Below are positions 1-11,961 of a stretch of 64,000 nt of DNA, piece after piece. The DNA is from Thermoanaerobacter sp. Its GTDB lineage: Bacteria > Bacillota > Thermoanaerobacteria > Thermoanaerobacterales > Thermoanaerobacteraceae. The stretch's first letter is position 1, and every line of letters begins with the position of its first letter. The translations under genes and the position numbers were made by a program. The DNA is taken from NCBI GenBank assembly GCA_014896455.1, contig JADBKJ010000006.1:114793-178792 (forward strand), written 5' to 3'. The notes below the pieces were generated by a model that saw only the letters and a program-made list of their open reading frames with translations, was not told where the DNA came from and did not search any database.

Positions 1-158
1 ATTCTTCCTTTAATGAAATTACTACTGGAGTGAGGAAAATAAATATATTTGGTGTATATTCAAATAGGGAAAAGGTGATCGTTAAAATTTTTGGTAAGGA
101 GTCAGTTATTGACATAGGAAGGTTAAGCCAATACTTTAAAGGGCGATTTTGGAAATGA
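1..158 (+). CDS. 3' end of hypothetical protein running in from the window edge
   Basis: Frame 3 is open from position 3 to TGA at 156-158 (SSFNEITTGVRKINIFGVYSN...GRFWK*); lies directly upstream of the lepA RBS. Confidence 0.55.
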   Translation, partial: SSFNEITTGVRKINIFGVYSNREKVIVKIFGKESVIDIGRLSQYFKGRFWK

Positions 159-191
159 GGTCTAAGCCTTTAATTTTTGAGGAGGTACAAA

Positions 192-2003
192 ATGTCAGAT
201 AGGATGCAGTATATTAGAAATTTTTGCATTATTGCTCACATAGACCATGGTAAATCTACTCTTGCAGATAGACTTATTGAGAAAACAGGTTTTCTTTCTG
301 AAAGGGAAACAGATAAGCAAATTTTAGATAATTTAGAATTAGAAAGGGAGAGAGGAATTACTATAAAGTTAAAGCCTGTAAGAATGATTTATAAAGCTAA
401 AGATGGAAATGAATATGAGCTTAATCTCATTGATACCCCTGGACATGTAGATTTTACTTACGAGGTATCCCGAAGTATTGCAGCTTGTGAAGGGGCCCTC
501 CTTGTAGTAGATGCTACACAAGGGATTGAGGCGCAAACCCTTGCTAATGTGTATATGGCTTTAGAACATGATTTAGAGATAGTACCCGTGATAAATAAAA
601 TAGACCTTCCTTCAGCAAATCCTGAACTTGTAAAAAAAGAAATTGAAGACGTGATTGGGATTGACGCAGAAGATGCTTTGCTTACCTCTGCTAAAGAAGG
701 CATAGGTATAGAAGAAGTTTTAGAAGCCATTGTAAATAGAATTCCCCCTCCAAAAGGAGATGAAAATAAGCCTTTAAAAGCGCTAATTTTTGACTCTTTT
801 TATGATAACTACAAGGGTGCAATAAGCTTTGTAAGGGTAGTAGATGGAATTGTTAAACCAGGAATGAAAATAAAAATGTTTTCTACTGGCAAAGTTTTTG
901 AAGTTACAGAAGTAGGTATGTTTAGACCTAACCTTTATCCAGTAGAAGAGCTTAAAGCAGGCGAAGTTGGATATATTGCCGCCAGCATAAAAAATGTAAA
1001 AGACACTCGCGTAGGAGATACAATAACAGATGCAGATAATCCAGCCGATTCTCCACTTCCTGGCTATAAAGAAGTAGTGCCAATGGTCTTTTGTGGAATT
1101 TATCCTGCGGATGGACAAGATTATGAAAATTTAAAAGAAGCTTTAGAAAAACTTCAGCTAAATGATGCGTCACTTGTATTTGAACCTGACACCTCTGCTG
1201 CCTTAGGTTTTGGATTTAGGTGTGGATTTTTGGGACTTTTGCACATGGAAATAGTTCAAGAAAGGTTGGAAAGAGAGTACAACTTAAATCTTGTTACTAC
1301 TGCACCAAGTGTAATTTACAAAGTTTACAAAACTGATGGAGAGGTATTGGATTTGGACAATCCTACAAAAATGCCGCCTCCTACGCAAATAGATCATATT
1401 GAAGAGCCAATTGTGGAAGCTACTATTATGGTGCCTACTGAATATGTAGGGGCAGTTATGGAGCTTTGCCAGGATAGACGGGGAGCATATTTAGGAATGG
1501 AATATTTAGAACAAACTCGCGTACTTTTAAAATATGAAATGCCTTTAAATGAGATAATATATGACTTTTTTAATGCTTTAAAATCACGAACAAGGGGTTA
1601 TGCCTCTTTCGACTATGAGCTTAAAGGGTATAAAGGATCTAATTTGGTAAAGCTTGATATTTTAATAAATGGCGAATTGGTAGATGCTTTATCCATGATA
1701 GTTCATAAAGATAAAGTCTATGAAAAAGCGAGAAGAATTGTAGAAAAGTTAAAAGAAAATATTCCAAGGCATCTTTTTGAGATTCCAATCCAGGCTGCAA
1801 TAGGCTCTAAGATTATTGCAAGAGAGACTGTAAAAGCTTTGAGAAAAAACGTTCTTGCCAAGTGTTATGGAGGAGACGTAACCCGCAAGAAAAAACTTTT
1901 GGAAAAGCAAAAAGAAGGTAAAAAGCGCATGAGACAGGTGGGAAGTGTTGAAATACCTCAAGAGGCTTTTATGTCAATATTGAAGCTAGATGATGAAAAA
2001 TGA
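192..2003 (+). CDS. lepA: Translation elongation factor 4 (LepA GTPase)
   Basis: [33 protein letters not shown]-terminal [30 protein letters not shown]; GGAGG RBS at 181 favours ATG 192. Confidence 0.99.
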   Translation: MSDRMQYIRNFCIIAHIDHGKSTLADRLIEKTGFLSERETDKQILDNLELERERGITIKLKPVRMIYKAKDGNEYELNLIDTPGHVDFTYEVSRSIAACEGALLVVDATQGIEAQTLANVYMALEHDLEIVPVINKIDLPSANPELVKKEIEDVIGIDAEDALLTSAKEGIGIEEVLEAIVNRIPPPKGDENKPLKALIFDSFYDNYKGAISFVRVVDGIVKPGMKIKMFSTGKVFEVTEVGMFRPNLYPVEELKAGEVGYIAASIKNVKDTRVGDTITDADNPADSPLPGYKEVVPMVFCGIYPADGQDYENLKEALEKLQLNDASLVFEPDTSAALGFGFRCGFLGLLHMEIVQERLEREYNLNLVTTAPSVIYKVYKTDGEVLDLDNPTKMPPPTQIDHIEEPIVEATIMVPTEYVGAVMELCQDRRGAYLGMEYLEQTRVLLKYEMPLNEIIYDFFNALKSRTRGYASFDYELKGYKGSNLVKLDILINGELVDALSMIVHKDKVYEKARRIVEKLKENIPRHLFEIPIQAAIGSKIIARETVKALRKNVLAKCYGGDVTRKKKLLEKQKEGKKRMRQVGSVEIPQEAFMSILKLDDEK

Positions 2004-3127
2004 GAGAGATAGGACTATACATTCACATTCCTTTTTGTAAAAGAAAATGCTATTATTGTGATTTTAATTCTTATGCAGGCTATGATTATCTTTTTGACGA
2101 CTATATTCGGGCACTAATTATGGAAATAGAATCAAATTCTACAAAAGATTATAAAGTGGTTTCGATTTATATAGGGGGAGGTACCCCTAACTTTTTGCCT
2201 CCTTCTTATATAGAGAAGATATTGAAGTCTGTATTTAAAAATTATAAAATACTTGATGGTTGCGAAATTACTATTGAAATAAATCCCGGCCTTATAACTG
2301 AAGAAAAACTAAAAATTTATAAAGGGAGCGGGATAAACCGAGTAAGTATTGGACTTCAAGCTTTTCAAAATAGGCTTTTAAAATATATAGGTAGAATCCA
2401 TACAATAGAAGATTTTTTTGAAAATTATGAGTCAGTGAAAAAGTTCTTTAACAATATAAATATTGACCTGATGTATGCTCTTCCTACTCAAACCTTTAAA
2501 GAGTGGCAAGAAACTTTAAAAGAAGTAGTAAAGTTACAGCCGACGCATGTTTCTACTTATAGCTTGATTTTAGAACCTAATACCTTCTTTTACAGACTTT
2601 ATAAAAAGGGTCAGTTGCCTATAGTTGATGAAGAAGAAGAGCTTAAAATGTATCATTGGGGTATAGAGTTTTTAAAAGAAAAAGGTTATCACCATTATGA
2701 AATTTCTAATTTTGCATTACCCACATTTGAATGTCGCCACAATATTTTATACTGGGAGTGCAAAAATTATTTGGGATTTGGTGCTGGAGCCCATTCTTAT
2801 ATGGAGGATGTGAGATATAGTAATATTGAAAATATAAAAGACTATATTAAGAGCATTTTAGAAAGAAAAAGTGCAGTTAAGGAAAAAATAAAGTTGGTAA
2901 AAGAAGATAGAATGGCTGAGTTTATGTTTTTAGGAATGAGAATGACAAAAGGAGTGTGTGACAAGGATTTTATGAAAAGATTCGGTATCAGTTTGTTTGA
3001 ATTTTACAAAAAAGTAATACAAAAATACTTAAATGAAGGTCTAATTGAGATTGATAATGAGTGTGTAAAACTTACCGAGAGGGGTATTGATGTCTCTAAC
3101 GTCATTTTTGAGGAATTTCTGCCCTAA
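2000..3127 (+). CDS. hemW: Radical SAM heme chaperone HemW (HemN-like)
   Basis: [46 protein letters not shown]; typical position between lepA and hrcA. Confidence 0.93.
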   Translation: MREIGLYIHIPFCKRKCYYCDFNSYAGYDYLFDDYIRALIMEIESNSTKDYKVVSIYIGGGTPNFLPPSYIEKILKSVFKNYKILDGCEITIEINPGLITEEKLKIYKGSGINRVSIGLQAFQNRLLKYIGRIHTIEDFFENYESVKKFFNNINIDLMYALPTQTFKEWQETLKEVVKLQPTHVSTYSLILEPNTFFYRLYKKGQLPIVDEEEELKMYHWGIEFLKEKGYHHYEISNFALPTFECRHNILYWECKNYLGFGAGAHSYMEDVRYSNIENIKDYIKSILERKSAVKEKIKLVKEDRMAEFMFLGMRMTKGVCDKDFMKRFGISLFEFYKKVIQKYLNEGLIEIDNECVKLTERGIDVSNVIFEEFLP

Positions 3128-3134
3128 ATGAGTA

Positions 3135-3163
3135 TTGACAAAAAATTATAAGAGTGGTATTTT
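3135..3163 (+). promoter_or_regulatory. sigma-A promoter of the hrcA-grpE-dnaK operon
   Basis: TTGACA (3135-3140), 17 bp, TATTTT (3158-3163) with extended -10 TG. Confidence 0.85.
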
Positions 3164-3174
3164 AAAAACATGAA

Positions 3175-3201
3175 TTAGCACTCAATCGAGTAGAGTGCTA
3201 A
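3175..3201. promoter_or_regulatory. CIRCE element (HrcA operator)
   Basis: Exact TTAGCACTC-N9-GAGTGCTAA between the promoter and the hrcA start. Confidence 0.99.
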
Positions 3202-3221
3202 TAATACATGGGGTGGTGAAA

Positions 3222-4253
3222 ATGCCGTTAGATGATAGGAAGAAAAAAATACTATATGCGGTTATTACTGATTATATTATGACGGCAGAGCCAATAGGGT
3301 CGAGAACAATAGCTAAGAAGTACAATATAGGATTAAGTTCTGCTACTATAAGAAACGAAATGGCGGATTTAGAAGAAATGGGATATTTGGAGCAACCTCA
3401 TACTTCCGCAGGAAGAATACCTTCAGATAAAGGATATAGATTTTATGTAGACAGCATTCTTCGAAATTATATAAACAATGACCCTCCAATTAGCCATAAT
3501 ACTCGCGAGGAAATAATAGTGGAGTTTGATGAAATTGTAAAGAAATATGCAAGAATTTTAGCTAACATAACTCACCATACTACAGTTGCTAAAATGCCAA
3601 AGTTAAACCCTGATAGAATAAGGAAAATCCAACTTATACCTGTTGCTTCTAATAAAATGATCTTTTTAGTAGTTACAGACACAGGAATTGTAAAAAATTA
3701 CTTGTTGAATTTATGCCAAAATGTAGATAGGACTATCTTTGAGTTTTTAAATAATTTGTTAAACGAGAAAATTGCCGGAAAAAGTGAAAAAGATATTTTT
3801 GAGTTTTTACAAAAAGATTTAAGGCAGATGTTGGGAGAGGTAGCTTTTATAGCCGACGAATTGATAAACACTATACTTTTGAGCCTGAAGCAGTTACAGG
3901 AAACAGACATTTATGCGGATGGAACTTCACATATTTTAGATTTTCCTGAATACAAGGATTTAGGCAAAGCAAAAAATTTTTTCAATCTTTTGGACAACAA
4001 GCCGTTATTGAACGAAGTTTTAGAGCCTGAAGTAGATTTTATAGATGTGAGAATAGGAAGCGAAAACAAGTTTGAAGAAATGAAAGACTTAAGCGTAATA
4101 AAAACCACTTATAAGATTAATGGTCGCGTGGTGGGTACAATAGGAATTATAGGACCTACAAGAATGGATTATAGAAGGTTAATTAACGAAATCAATATGA
4201 TGACAAAAGAGCTTTCAAATCTTTTGTCGAGTATATACAATGATGAAATATAA
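3222..4253 (+). CDS. hrcA: Heat-inducible transcription repressor HrcA
   Basis: LDDRKKKILYAVITDYIMTAEPIGS, SSATIRNEMADLEEMGYLEQPHTSAGRIPS, GIIGPTRMDY; ATG 3222 chosen because the ORF-track start lies inside CIRCE. Confidence 0.98.
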   Translation: MPLDDRKKKILYAVITDYIMTAEPIGSRTIAKKYNIGLSSATIRNEMADLEEMGYLEQPHTSAGRIPSDKGYRFYVDSILRNYINNDPPISHNTREEIIVEFDEIVKKYARILANITHHTTVAKMPKLNPDRIRKIQLIPVASNKMIFLVVTDTGIVKNYLLNLCQNVDRTIFEFLNNLLNEKIAGKSEKDIFEFLQKDLRQMLGEVAFIADELINTILLSLKQLQETDIYADGTSHILDFPEYKDLGKAKNFFNLLDNKPLLNEVLEPEVDFIDVRIGSENKFEEMKDLSVIKTTYKINGRVVGTIGIIGPTRMDYRRLINEINMMTKELSNLLSSIYNDEI

Positions 4254-4266
4254 CGAGGTGATATAA

Positions 4267-4857
4267 GTGGAAGAGATGGAAAAAGAAATTAACAAAAAGG
4301 AGGAAAATGATGTAAATAATTTGAAATCAAATGAACAAATGGAAGGGCCTCCTGAAAAGGAAGAACAAACACAGCAGGAGCATAAGCAACAAACGGTTGA
4401 TGAAATAGAGGAGTTAAAGCAAAAACTTCAGCAAAAAGAGGCTGAAGCTCAAGAATATTTAGATATTGCACAAAGATTGAAAGCAGAATTTGAAAATTAT
4501 AGAAAAAGGACTGAAAAAGAGAAGGCAGAACTGATAGATTATGGGCAAGAAATAGTGATGTTAGAGCTTTTGCCTGTTATAGATAATTTTGAAAGAGCTT
4601 TGGCAAGCAGTGGAGATTATAATTCTCTAAAAGAAGGGATAGAATTAATTTACAGGCAGTTTAAAAAAATATTAGATAAATTTGGTGTGAAAGAAATTGA
4701 AGCAGAGGGGCAGATTTTTGATCCCTATAAGCACCATGCTGTAATGCAGGAAGAGGTAGAAGGGAAGCAACCAAATGAAATTATTGAAGTTTTCCAAAAA
4801 GGGTATTATCTAAAAGATAAAGTAATAAGACCAAGTTTGGTTAAAGTAGCAAAATAA
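4267..4857 (+). CDS. grpE: Nucleotide exchange factor GrpE
   Basis: [39 protein letters not shown]; operon context. Confidence 0.98.
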   Translation: MEEMEKEINKKEENDVNNLKSNEQMEGPPEKEEQTQQEHKQQTVDEIEELKQKLQQKEAEAQEYLDIAQRLKAEFENYRKRTEKEKAELIDYGQEIVMLELLPVIDNFERALASSGDYNSLKEGIELIYRQFKKILDKFGVKEIEAEGQIFDPYKHHAVMQEEVEGKQPNEIIEVFQKGYYLKDKVIRPSLVKVAK

Positions 4858-4874
4858 AAAGGAGGTTGAAAAAT

Positions 4875-6710
4875 ATGGGGAAAGTTATAGGGATTGACTT
4901 AGGAACTACTTTTTCTTGTGTTGCTGTTATGGAAGGAGGCCAACCTGTAGTAATACCTAACGCAGAAGGAGCTCGTACTACGCCTTCAGTCGTTGCTTTT
5001 ACTAAAGAAGGAGAAAGGTTAGTAGGGCAAGTTGCAAAAAGGCAGGCAATTGCAAATCCTGACAGGACTATAATGTCTATAAAAAGACACATGGGAACTG
5101 ATTACAAAGTAAAAATTGACGATAAAGAGTATACACCTCAAGAGATTTCTGCAATGATTTTGCAAAAACTTAAGGCTGATGCAGAAGCTTACTTGGGCGA
5201 AAAAGTTACACAGGCGGTAATTACTGTTCCTGCCTATTTCAATGACAGCCAAAGGCAGGCTACAAAAGATGCAGGTAGGATTGCAGGTCTTGAGGTTTTG
5301 AGAATAATAAATGAGCCGACAGCTGCTGCTTTGGCATATGGACTTGACAAAGAAGGAAATCAAAAGATAATGGTTTATGACTTAGGTGGTGGTACTTTTG
5401 ATGTTTCTATTTTGGAAATAGGAGATGGAGTATTTGAAGTTTTGGCTACAAGTGGCAATAACCATTTGGGTGGGGATGACTTCGACCAAAGGATAATAGA
5501 TTGGCTTGCTGACAATTTCAAAAAAGAATATGGAATTGACCTAAGAAATGACAGGATGGCATTGCAGAGATTAAAAGATGCTGCAGAAAAAGCAAAAATA
5601 GAGCTTTCTTCTGCAACGGTTACTAATATAAACTTGCCATTTATTACTGCTGATGCTACAGGTCCAAAACATATAGATGTAAATCTTACAAGGGCAAAAT
5701 TCGAAGAGCTAATTTCCGACCTTGTAGAATCAACTGTAGGTCCTGTTAACCAAGCATTAAGCGACGCAGGTTTAAAACCTTCTGATATTGATAAAGTCAT
5801 TCTCATTGGTGGTTCTACAAGAGTGCCTTTGGTACAGGAGACGGTAAAGAGAATAATGGGTAAAGAACCTCACAAAGGAATTAACCCAGATGAGGCAGTG
5901 GCTATAGGTGCAGCTATACAGGCAGCAGTATTGGCCGGAGAAGTGAAAGATATTCTCTTACTGGACGTAACACCTTTGTCCTTGGGTATAGAGACATTAG
6001 GTGGAGTATTTACTAAGATTATAGAGAGAAATACTACAATACCTACAAGAAAGAGCCAGATATTTACTACTGCAGCGGATAATCAGACTTCTGTTGAAAT
6101 ACACGTGTTACAAGGCGAAAGGCCTATGGCAAAAGACAACAAAACTCTTGGAAGGTTTATTTTGTCAGGGATTCCACCAGCTCCAAGAGGAGTACCTCAA
6201 ATTGAAGTTACTTTTGACATAGATGCCAATGGAATTGTACATGTTTCTGCAAAAGACTTAGGTACTGGCAAATCTCAGGATATAACTATTACTTCTACAA
6301 CTAATTTGTCAGAAGAAGAGATACAAAGAATGGTCAATGAGGCTAAGCAGTATGAAGAACAGGATAGGAAGAAGAAAGAAGAAATCGAAATAAGGAATAA
6401 AGCAGATTCTCTCATTTATCAAGCTGAAAAAACAATGAAAGACCTTGGAGATAAGATGACGCAAGCTGAAAAAGATGAAATAAATAGAGAAATAGAAAAT
6501 GTGAGAAAAGCCCTTGAAGGAAGCGATATAGAAGCGATTAAAAATGCTTCTGAGAAACTTTCACAAGCCTTCTACAAAGTTTCTACAAGAATATACCAAC
6601 AAGCGGGAGGACAAACGGGAGGAGCTACAAATACTGGTAGTGCTGGACAAGGTACAACACAGGACAATGTTTATGAAGCCAATTACAAAGTGGAGGATGA
6701 TGATAAATAA
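4875..6710 (+). CDS. dnaK: Chaperone DnaK (Hsp70)
   Basis: [38 protein letters not shown]; GGAGG RBS at 4861. Confidence 0.99.
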   Translation: MGKVIGIDLGTTFSCVAVMEGGQPVVIPNAEGARTTPSVVAFTKEGERLVGQVAKRQAIANPDRTIMSIKRHMGTDYKVKIDDKEYTPQEISAMILQKLKADAEAYLGEKVTQAVITVPAYFNDSQRQATKDAGRIAGLEVLRIINEPTAAALAYGLDKEGNQKIMVYDLGGGTFDVSILEIGDGVFEVLATSGNNHLGGDDFDQRIIDWLADNFKKEYGIDLRNDRMALQRLKDAAEKAKIELSSATVTNINLPFITADATGPKHIDVNLTRAKFEELISDLVESTVGPVNQALSDAGLKPSDIDKVILIGGSTRVPLVQETVKRIMGKEPHKGINPDEAVAIGAAIQAAVLAGEVKDILLLDVTPLSLGIETLGGVFTKIIERNTTIPTRKSQIFTTAADNQTSVEIHVLQGERPMAKDNKTLGRFILSGIPPAPRGVPQIEVTFDIDANGIVHVSAKDLGTGKSQDITITSTTNLSEEEIQRMVNEAKQYEEQDRKKKEEIEIRNKADSLIYQAEKTMKDLGDKMTQAEKDEINREIENVRKALEGSDIEAIKNASEKLSQAFYKVSTRIYQQAGGQTGGATNTGSAGQGTTQDNVYEANYKVEDDDK

Positions 6711-6712
6711 TA

Positions 6713-6737
6713 TAGAACCAGGTTTTACCTGGTTCTA
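6713..6737 (+). terminator. Hairpin between dnaK and dnaJ (weak terminator or mRNA stabiliser)
   Basis: TAGAACCAGG-tttta-CCTGGTTCTA perfect 10-bp stem; short U tail. Confidence 0.6.
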
Positions 6738-6765
6738 ATTTACGTAATGAAAGGCAGGTGAGAAA

Positions 6766-7926
6766 GTGGCTAAAAAAGATTTATATGAAATATTAGGAGT
6801 AGATAGAAATGCCACAGAAGAGGAAATAAAAAAGGCTTATAGACGGCTTGCTAAGAAATATCATCCTGACTTGAACCCAGGAGATAAAGAAGCAGAGCAA
6901 AAATTTAAAGAAATAAACGAAGCCTACGAAATTCTCTCTGACCCTCAAAAAAGAGCCCAATATGACCAATTTGGAGACGCAGCCTTTGAGCAAGGTGGTT
7001 TTGGCCAAGGTGGATTTGGTCAAGGAGGTTTTGGAGAGGGCGGTTTTGATTTTGGAGGCTTTGGAGGATTTGGCGATATATTTGGCGATATTTTTAATGA
7101 TTTCTTTGGTACTGGCAGGAGAAGAGCAGAAACAGGCCCTCAAAAGGGTAATGACATAAGATATGACCTTACTTTAACTTTTGAAGAAGCTGCTTTTGGA
7201 GCAGAAAGAGAAATAGAGGTTGAACGATTTGAAGAGTGTGATACGTGTAAAGGAACAGGGGCCAAGCCTGGTAGTAAACCAGAGACATGTCCTGTATGTC
7301 ATGGAACTGGTGAGGTGAGAACCGCACAGAATACTCCTTTTGGAAGAATTGTAAATATAAGAACTTGTCCTAAGTGCCATGGTGAAGGGAAAATTATTAC
7401 TGACCCTTGCAACAAATGCGGTGGCACAGGTAAAATTAGGAGGAGGAGAAAAATTAAAGTTACTATACCAGCGGGAATAGACGAAGGACAAATGCTTACC
7501 TTAAGAGGAGAAGGAGAGCCAGGCTTAAGAGGAGGTCCAAGGGGAGACCTGTATATTGTAATTCACGTAAAACCCCACGAGTTATTTACAAGAGAAGGAT
7601 ACAATGTACATTTGAAAATGCCCATAAGTTTTGCTGATGCAGCTTTAGGTGGAGAAATAAAAATTCCTACGCTGGATGGAACAGTTAGCTTTACAATACC
7701 AGAAGGGACCCAGACAGGGACTAAGTTTAGGTTAAGGGGAAAAGGGATTCCTCACATAAATGGAAGAGGACGCGGAGACCAAATTGTAGAGGTTTATATT
7801 GATGTGCCTAAAAAGTTGACAGAAAAGCAAAAAGAATTGCTAAGAGAGTTAAAAAAATTAGAAGGAAATACTACGACAGAATCAAAATCATTTTTTCAAA
7901 GGATGAAGGACGCTTTTGGCGGATAA
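6766..7926 (+). CDS. dnaJ: Chaperone DnaJ
   Basis: J domain with HPD, G/F-rich linker, four CxxCxGxG zinc motifs. Confidence 0.99.
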   Translation: MAKKDLYEILGVDRNATEEEIKKAYRRLAKKYHPDLNPGDKEAEQKFKEINEAYEILSDPQKRAQYDQFGDAAFEQGGFGQGGFGQGGFGEGGFDFGGFGGFGDIFGDIFNDFFGTGRRRAETGPQKGNDIRYDLTLTFEEAAFGAEREIEVERFEECDTCKGTGAKPGSKPETCPVCHGTGEVRTAQNTPFGRIVNIRTCPKCHGEGKIITDPCNKCGGTGKIRRRRKIKVTIPAGIDEGQMLTLRGEGEPGLRGGPRGDLYIVIHVKPHELFTREGYNVHLKMPISFADAALGGEIKIPTLDGTVSFTIPEGTQTGTKFRLRGKGIPHINGRGRGDQIVEVYIDVPKKLTEKQKELLRELKKLEGNTTTESKSFFQRMKDAFGG

Positions 7927-7952
7927 TAAATTTGAGTAAAGGTGTGGAAAGA

Positions 7953-8879
7953 ATGAAATGGATTGAAGTGCAAGTGACAACTTCACAAGAGGCAGAAGAG
8001 GCTGTGTCAAATATCATGCACGAATTAGGGGCTGGCGGTGTAGTTATAAAAAACCCTAATGATGTAAAACTGTTGGCGCAAAGTGATAATTGGGATTACT
8101 TTGACCCTTCTCTTTTTGAAGAAGGGGGAAATATTAAGGTTTTTGCCTATTTTCCCATTGTTTCAGATACTATAGATAAAATAAATATTTTAAAAGATAG
8201 AATTTTAGAACTTAAATCTTTTGGAATTGATATAGGCAATTTTGACTTAAAAGTCTCAGAAGTAGATGAATCGGACTGGGCAACCAATTGGAAACAGTAC
8301 TATAAGCCTTTAAAAATAGGGAAGAAAATAGTGATTAAGCCTTCTTGGGAAGAATATGTATTTAAAGGAGAAGAGATAATTATCGAATTAGACCCCGGAA
8401 TGGCTTTTGGGACAGGCACCCATGAGACTACAAAGATGTGTCTGGAATTTTTAGAGGAGATTGTGGTACCAGAAAGGATAGTTTTTGATGTAGGTTGTGG
8501 TTCAGGCATACTTAGTATTGCTAGTAGCAAATTAGGAGCAAAGGAAGTTTATGCGGCAGATATAGACGAAGTTTCCGTGGAAGTAGCCCGACAAAATGTA
8601 GAATTAAATAACTTACAAAATGTAAAAGTATTTAAAAGTGATTTATTAGGCGAATTTAGAGGAAAAGCGGATATTATAGTGGCAAATATAATTGCTGATG
8701 TGATAATTAGGTTGTCGGCAGAGGCTCCTAAATACTTAAAAGAAGAGGGCTTATTTTTAGCTAGTGGTATAATAAAAAGCAGAAAAGAAGAAGTTTTGCA
8801 AAAAGTTGAGGAATTTTTTGAGGTGTTGCAAATTAGAGAAGAAGGAGAATGGTGTGCAATATTATCAAGGAAAAAGTGA
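7953..8879 (+). CDS. prmA: Ribosomal protein L11 methyltransferase
   Basis: LDPGMAFGTGTHETT, DVGCGSGILSI, VANIIAD. Confidence 0.97.
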   Translation: MKWIEVQVTTSQEAEEAVSNIMHELGAGGVVIKNPNDVKLLAQSDNWDYFDPSLFEEGGNIKVFAYFPIVSDTIDKINILKDRILELKSFGIDIGNFDLKVSEVDESDWATNWKQYYKPLKIGKKIVIKPSWEEYVFKGEEIIIELDPGMAFGTGTHETTKMCLEFLEEIVVPERIVFDVGCGSGILSIASSKLGAKEVYAADIDEVSVEVARQNVELNNLQNVKVFKSDLLGEFRGKADIIVANIIADVIIRLSAEAPKYLKEEGLFLASGIIKSRKEEVLQKVEEFFEVLQIREEGEWCAILSRKK

Positions 8880-8885
8880 GAGCTT

Positions 8886-9623
8886 ATGAGAAAAATTTTT
8901 ATTGATAAGCAAAATATTAAAGGAGAATTTGTCTATATAGAAGGGGAGGACTTTCATCATCTGGTAAATGTCTTAAGGCTTAAAAGAGGAAATAAAATTG
9001 TTGTATCGGATGGATTAAAAGAATATGCTGCTCGCATTGAAGAGATAAAAAAAGACAAGCTTATTTTATTTTTAGAAAGAGAATTAGAATCAAATACAGA
9101 GAGTGCCTTAGAAATTTCATTATTTCAAGGCTTGCCTAAGTCAGATAAAATGGAATTGATTATTCAAAAATGTGCAGAAATTGGAGTTAAAAAATTTATC
9201 CCAGTTGTGACTCGTTATACGGTTGTAGATATAACTAAAAGCAATACAAATAAAAAAATTGCTAGGTGGAGAAAAATTAGTGAAGAAGCTTGTAAACAAT
9301 CGGGCAGAACTGGGGTGCCCGAAATTTGTATGCCTATTTCCTTTGAAGAGGCTATAAATCAGGTTGATAAGTTTGATCTATGCATAATTCCATATGAAAA
9401 GGAACAAACTTCAAAATTAAAAGAGGCGCTTAAAAAGGCAAAAGGCGTAAAAAAAATTGGAATTTTTATAGGCCCTGAAGGAGGTTTTTCTCAAGAGGAA
9501 ATTGAATTAGCCTTAAACAAAAGTATTAAGCCTGTAAGCTTAGGCCCCAGGATTTTGCGAACTGAGACAGCAGCCATCGCAGTTTGTTCAATAGTAATGT
9601 ATGAATTAGGAGATATGGGTTAA
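8886..9623 (+). CDS. rsmE: 16S rRNA m3U1498 methyltransferase
   Basis: HHLVNVLRL, KMELIIQKCAEIG, IGPEGGFS, LGPRILRTETA. Confidence 0.97.
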   Translation: MRKIFIDKQNIKGEFVYIEGEDFHHLVNVLRLKRGNKIVVSDGLKEYAARIEEIKKDKLILFLERELESNTESALEISLFQGLPKSDKMELIIQKCAEIGVKKFIPVVTRYTVVDITKSNTNKKIARWRKISEEACKQSGRTGVPEICMPISFEEAINQVDKFDLCIIPYEKEQTSKLKEALKKAKGVKKIGIFIGPEGGFSQEEIELALNKSIKPVSLGPRILRTETAAIAVCSIVMYELGDMG

Positions 9624-9650
9624 ATTATTAATAAATAAAGAACTAATGCA

Positions 9651-9804
9651 ATGGCGGAGGCGGGTACCTTAAGGCATGGATGCCACCTGACGTAGGTACC
9701 CTGCCGGAACCTGAAGTGGAAGCTTATGTTTTGTCGCTTTGGAACATCGGAGCGACGATGCAAAATATCTCCTTTGAATATTTTTTAACTTTGTCAACAA
9801 ACTG
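9651..9804 (+). mobile_element. MITE copy A, left-truncated, IS1182-type right end
   Basis: Matches the right half of the 58653-58917 element; ends ...TGCAAAATATCTCCTTTGAATATTTTTTAACTTTGTCAACAAACTG; followed by hairpin ATGCC-ttcgt-GGCAT plus T run. Confidence 0.85.
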
Positions 9805-9901
9805 AATGCCTTCGTGGCATGTTTTTTTTGTGTACAATAGCATGTTATAATATGTGATATAATATAAAAAAAAGGGATTTAATAGGAGGAGCATTTTTAA
9901 A

Positions 9902-11269
9902 GTGGCAAAAGTAGATTTAACTCTTAGTAATGAGGAATTTTATGAAAGATATGGTCATAAAAAAACTGTTGCTTTTTATACTTTGGGGTGTAAGGTAAAT
10001 CAATATGAGACAGAAGTCATGGCTGAGCTTTTTAAAAAAGCTGGTTATGAAGTAGTTGATTTTAATGAAAAAGCGGATGTTTACGTAATAAATACCTGTA
10101 CTGTAACAAATAGAAGTGATATGAAGTCAAGGCAGGAGATACGAAAAGCTAGGAAGAAAAATCTTGATGCGTTGGTAGTAGCTGTGGGCTGCTATGTGCA
10201 AGTAAGTCCAGAGGAAGCTTTTTCTCTTCCGGAAGTAGACATAGCGATTGGTACGAAAAATAAAGACAAAATAGTGGAATTAGTAGAGGAATTTATACAC
10301 AAAAATCAAAAGTTGAGTGTGGTAAATAATATAATGACTCAAAAGGGATATGAGGAATTTGGAGTAACAGCTTATACAGAAAGGACAAGGGCATATATAA
10401 AGATTCAAGACGGCTGCAATCAATACTGTACTTACTGCATAATCCCTTACGCCAGGGGACCTGTGAGAAGTAGAGACCCCAAAAAAATACTAGATGAAGT
10501 AAAAAAGTTTGCTGATTCAGGATATAAAGAAATTGTCCTCACAGGTATACACATAGCTTCCTATGGCAAAGATTTAAAAAATATTGGGCTTTTGGACATT
10601 ATAAAGATGATTCATGAAATAGATGGCATAAAAAGAATAAGACTTAGTTCTATTGAGCCTACTTTTTTAACTGAAGAGTTTGTGAAAGAAATAGCTAACT
10701 TGCCTAAGATGTGCAGGCATTATCATGTATCCCTTCAAAGCGGATGTGATGAAACTTTAAGAAGAATGGGAAGAAGATATACTACAAAGGAGTACAAAAG
10801 TGTAATTGATAGGTTAAGAGAATACATCACGGATGTGGCGATAACTACAGATGTTATGGTGGGATTTCCTGGTGAAACGGAAGAGGAGTTTCTCAAGACT
10901 TACAAATTTGTGGAAGAGATTTGTTTTAGCAAAATGCATGTTTTTAAATATTCAAGGAGAAAAGGTACAAGAGCATACAACTTTCCAAATCAAGTTGCAA
11001 ATCATATAAAAGAAGATAGGAGTAAAAAGCTCATAGAATTGTCTAATAAGTGCGAATATAAATTTATGGAGAGTTTTATAGGGAAAACTTTGGAAGTCCT
11101 CTTTGAACAACCGGCAAAGAATATGGAGGGTTATGTGGAAGGCTTGACTGATAATTATTTAAGTGTAGCTGTTAAAGGAGATAGAAAGTTACTTAGAAAT
11201 GAGATTTTCCCGGTGAAAATAAAAGAAATAAAAGATAATTTATTAATTGGAGAAATTGAAGGAATTTAA
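9902..11269 (+). CDS. mtaB: tRNA methylthiotransferase MtaB
   Basis: TLGCKVNQYE, INTCTVT, KIQDGCNQYCTYCIIPYARG, C-terminal TRAM-like region; context after rsmE. Confidence 0.95.
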   Translation: MAKVDLTLSNEEFYERYGHKKTVAFYTLGCKVNQYETEVMAELFKKAGYEVVDFNEKADVYVINTCTVTNRSDMKSRQEIRKARKKNLDALVVAVGCYVQVSPEEAFSLPEVDIAIGTKNKDKIVELVEEFIHKNQKLSVVNNIMTQKGYEEFGVTAYTERTRAYIKIQDGCNQYCTYCIIPYARGPVRSRDPKKILDEVKKFADSGYKEIVLTGIHIASYGKDLKNIGLLDIIKMIHEIDGIKRIRLSSIEPTFLTEEFVKEIANLPKMCRHYHVSLQSGCDETLRRMGRRYTTKEYKSVIDRLREYITDVAITTDVMVGFPGETEEEFLKTYKFVEEICFSKMHVFKYSRRKGTRAYNFPNQVANHIKEDRSKKLIELSNKCEYKFMESFIGKTLEVLFEQPAKNMEGYVEGLTDNYLSVAVKGDRKLLRNEIFPVKIKEIKDNLLIGEIEGI

Positions 11270-11305
11270 AGAGATTTGTAGAATATAAAAAGAGGAGGTG
11301 AAAAG

Positions 11306-11650
11306 ATGACAGATTGCATTTTTTGTAAAATTATAAATAAAGAGATACCTTCCAATATAGTCTATGAAGATGATTTAGTAGTAGCATTTCAGGATATTAA
11401 CCCGCAGGCACCTGTACATATCCTCATTGTACCTAAAGAACATATACCGACATTATTAGATTTAAATGAGGATAACAAACACTTAGTATCTCATGCTTAT
11501 ATGGTGGCAAAAGAATTGGCAAAAAAAGAGGGCATTGACAAAAAAGGTTATAGAATTGTATCAAACTGTGGAAATGACGGGGGACAAACGGTATATCACA
11601 TACATTTTCATCTTTTAGGCGGTAGATTTATGACTTGGCCCCCAGGTTAA
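11306..11650 (+). CDS. HIT family nucleotide-binding protein
   Basis: DCIFCKII, GQTVYHIHFHLLGGR histidine triad. Confidence 0.96.
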   Translation: MTDCIFCKIINKEIPSNIVYEDDLVVAFQDINPQAPVHILIVPKEHIPTLLDLNEDNKHLVSHAYMVAKELAKKEGIDKKGYRIVSNCGNDGGQTVYHIHFHLLGGRFMTWPPG

Positions 11651-11653
11651 TCA

Positions 11654-11682
11654 TTGACACATTATGGTTTTTGAAGTATAAT
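11654..11682 (+). promoter_or_regulatory. sigma-A promoter for rpsU
   Basis: Perfect TTGACA-17bp-TATAAT. Confidence 0.85.
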
Positions 11683-11761
11683 AAAATGAGAGTTTCTAGC
11701 AGGACATCGCAGCAAAATACGCAGCTTAGTTTGAGCAGTTTATCTGGAGGGAGGGAGAGTA

Positions 11762-11947
11762 GTGTCTGAAGTAAGAGTCGGCGAAAATGAATCATTGGAC
11801 AACGCTCTGAGAAGATTTAGGCGCCAATGTTCCAGAGCAGGCGTTTTATCAGAGCTTCGCAAAAGAGAACATTACGAAAGTCCCAGTGTAAAACGTAAGA
11901 AAAAATCAGAAGCAGCAAGAAAGAGAAAATATAAATATAATAAATAA
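11762..11947 (+). CDS. rpsU: 30S ribosomal protein S21
   Basis: [43 protein letters not shown]; GTG start after GGAGGGAGG. Confidence 0.98.
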   Translation: MSEVRVGENESLDNALRRFRRQCSRAGVLSELRKREHYESPSVKRKKKSEAARKRKYKYNK

Positions 11948-11961
11948 AGGAAGTGCTTGCC

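Noticed and set aside
6985-7090. Tandem CAAGG(T/A)GG(T/A)TTTGG repeats
   Set aside because: They encode the normal G/F-rich linker of DnaJ.
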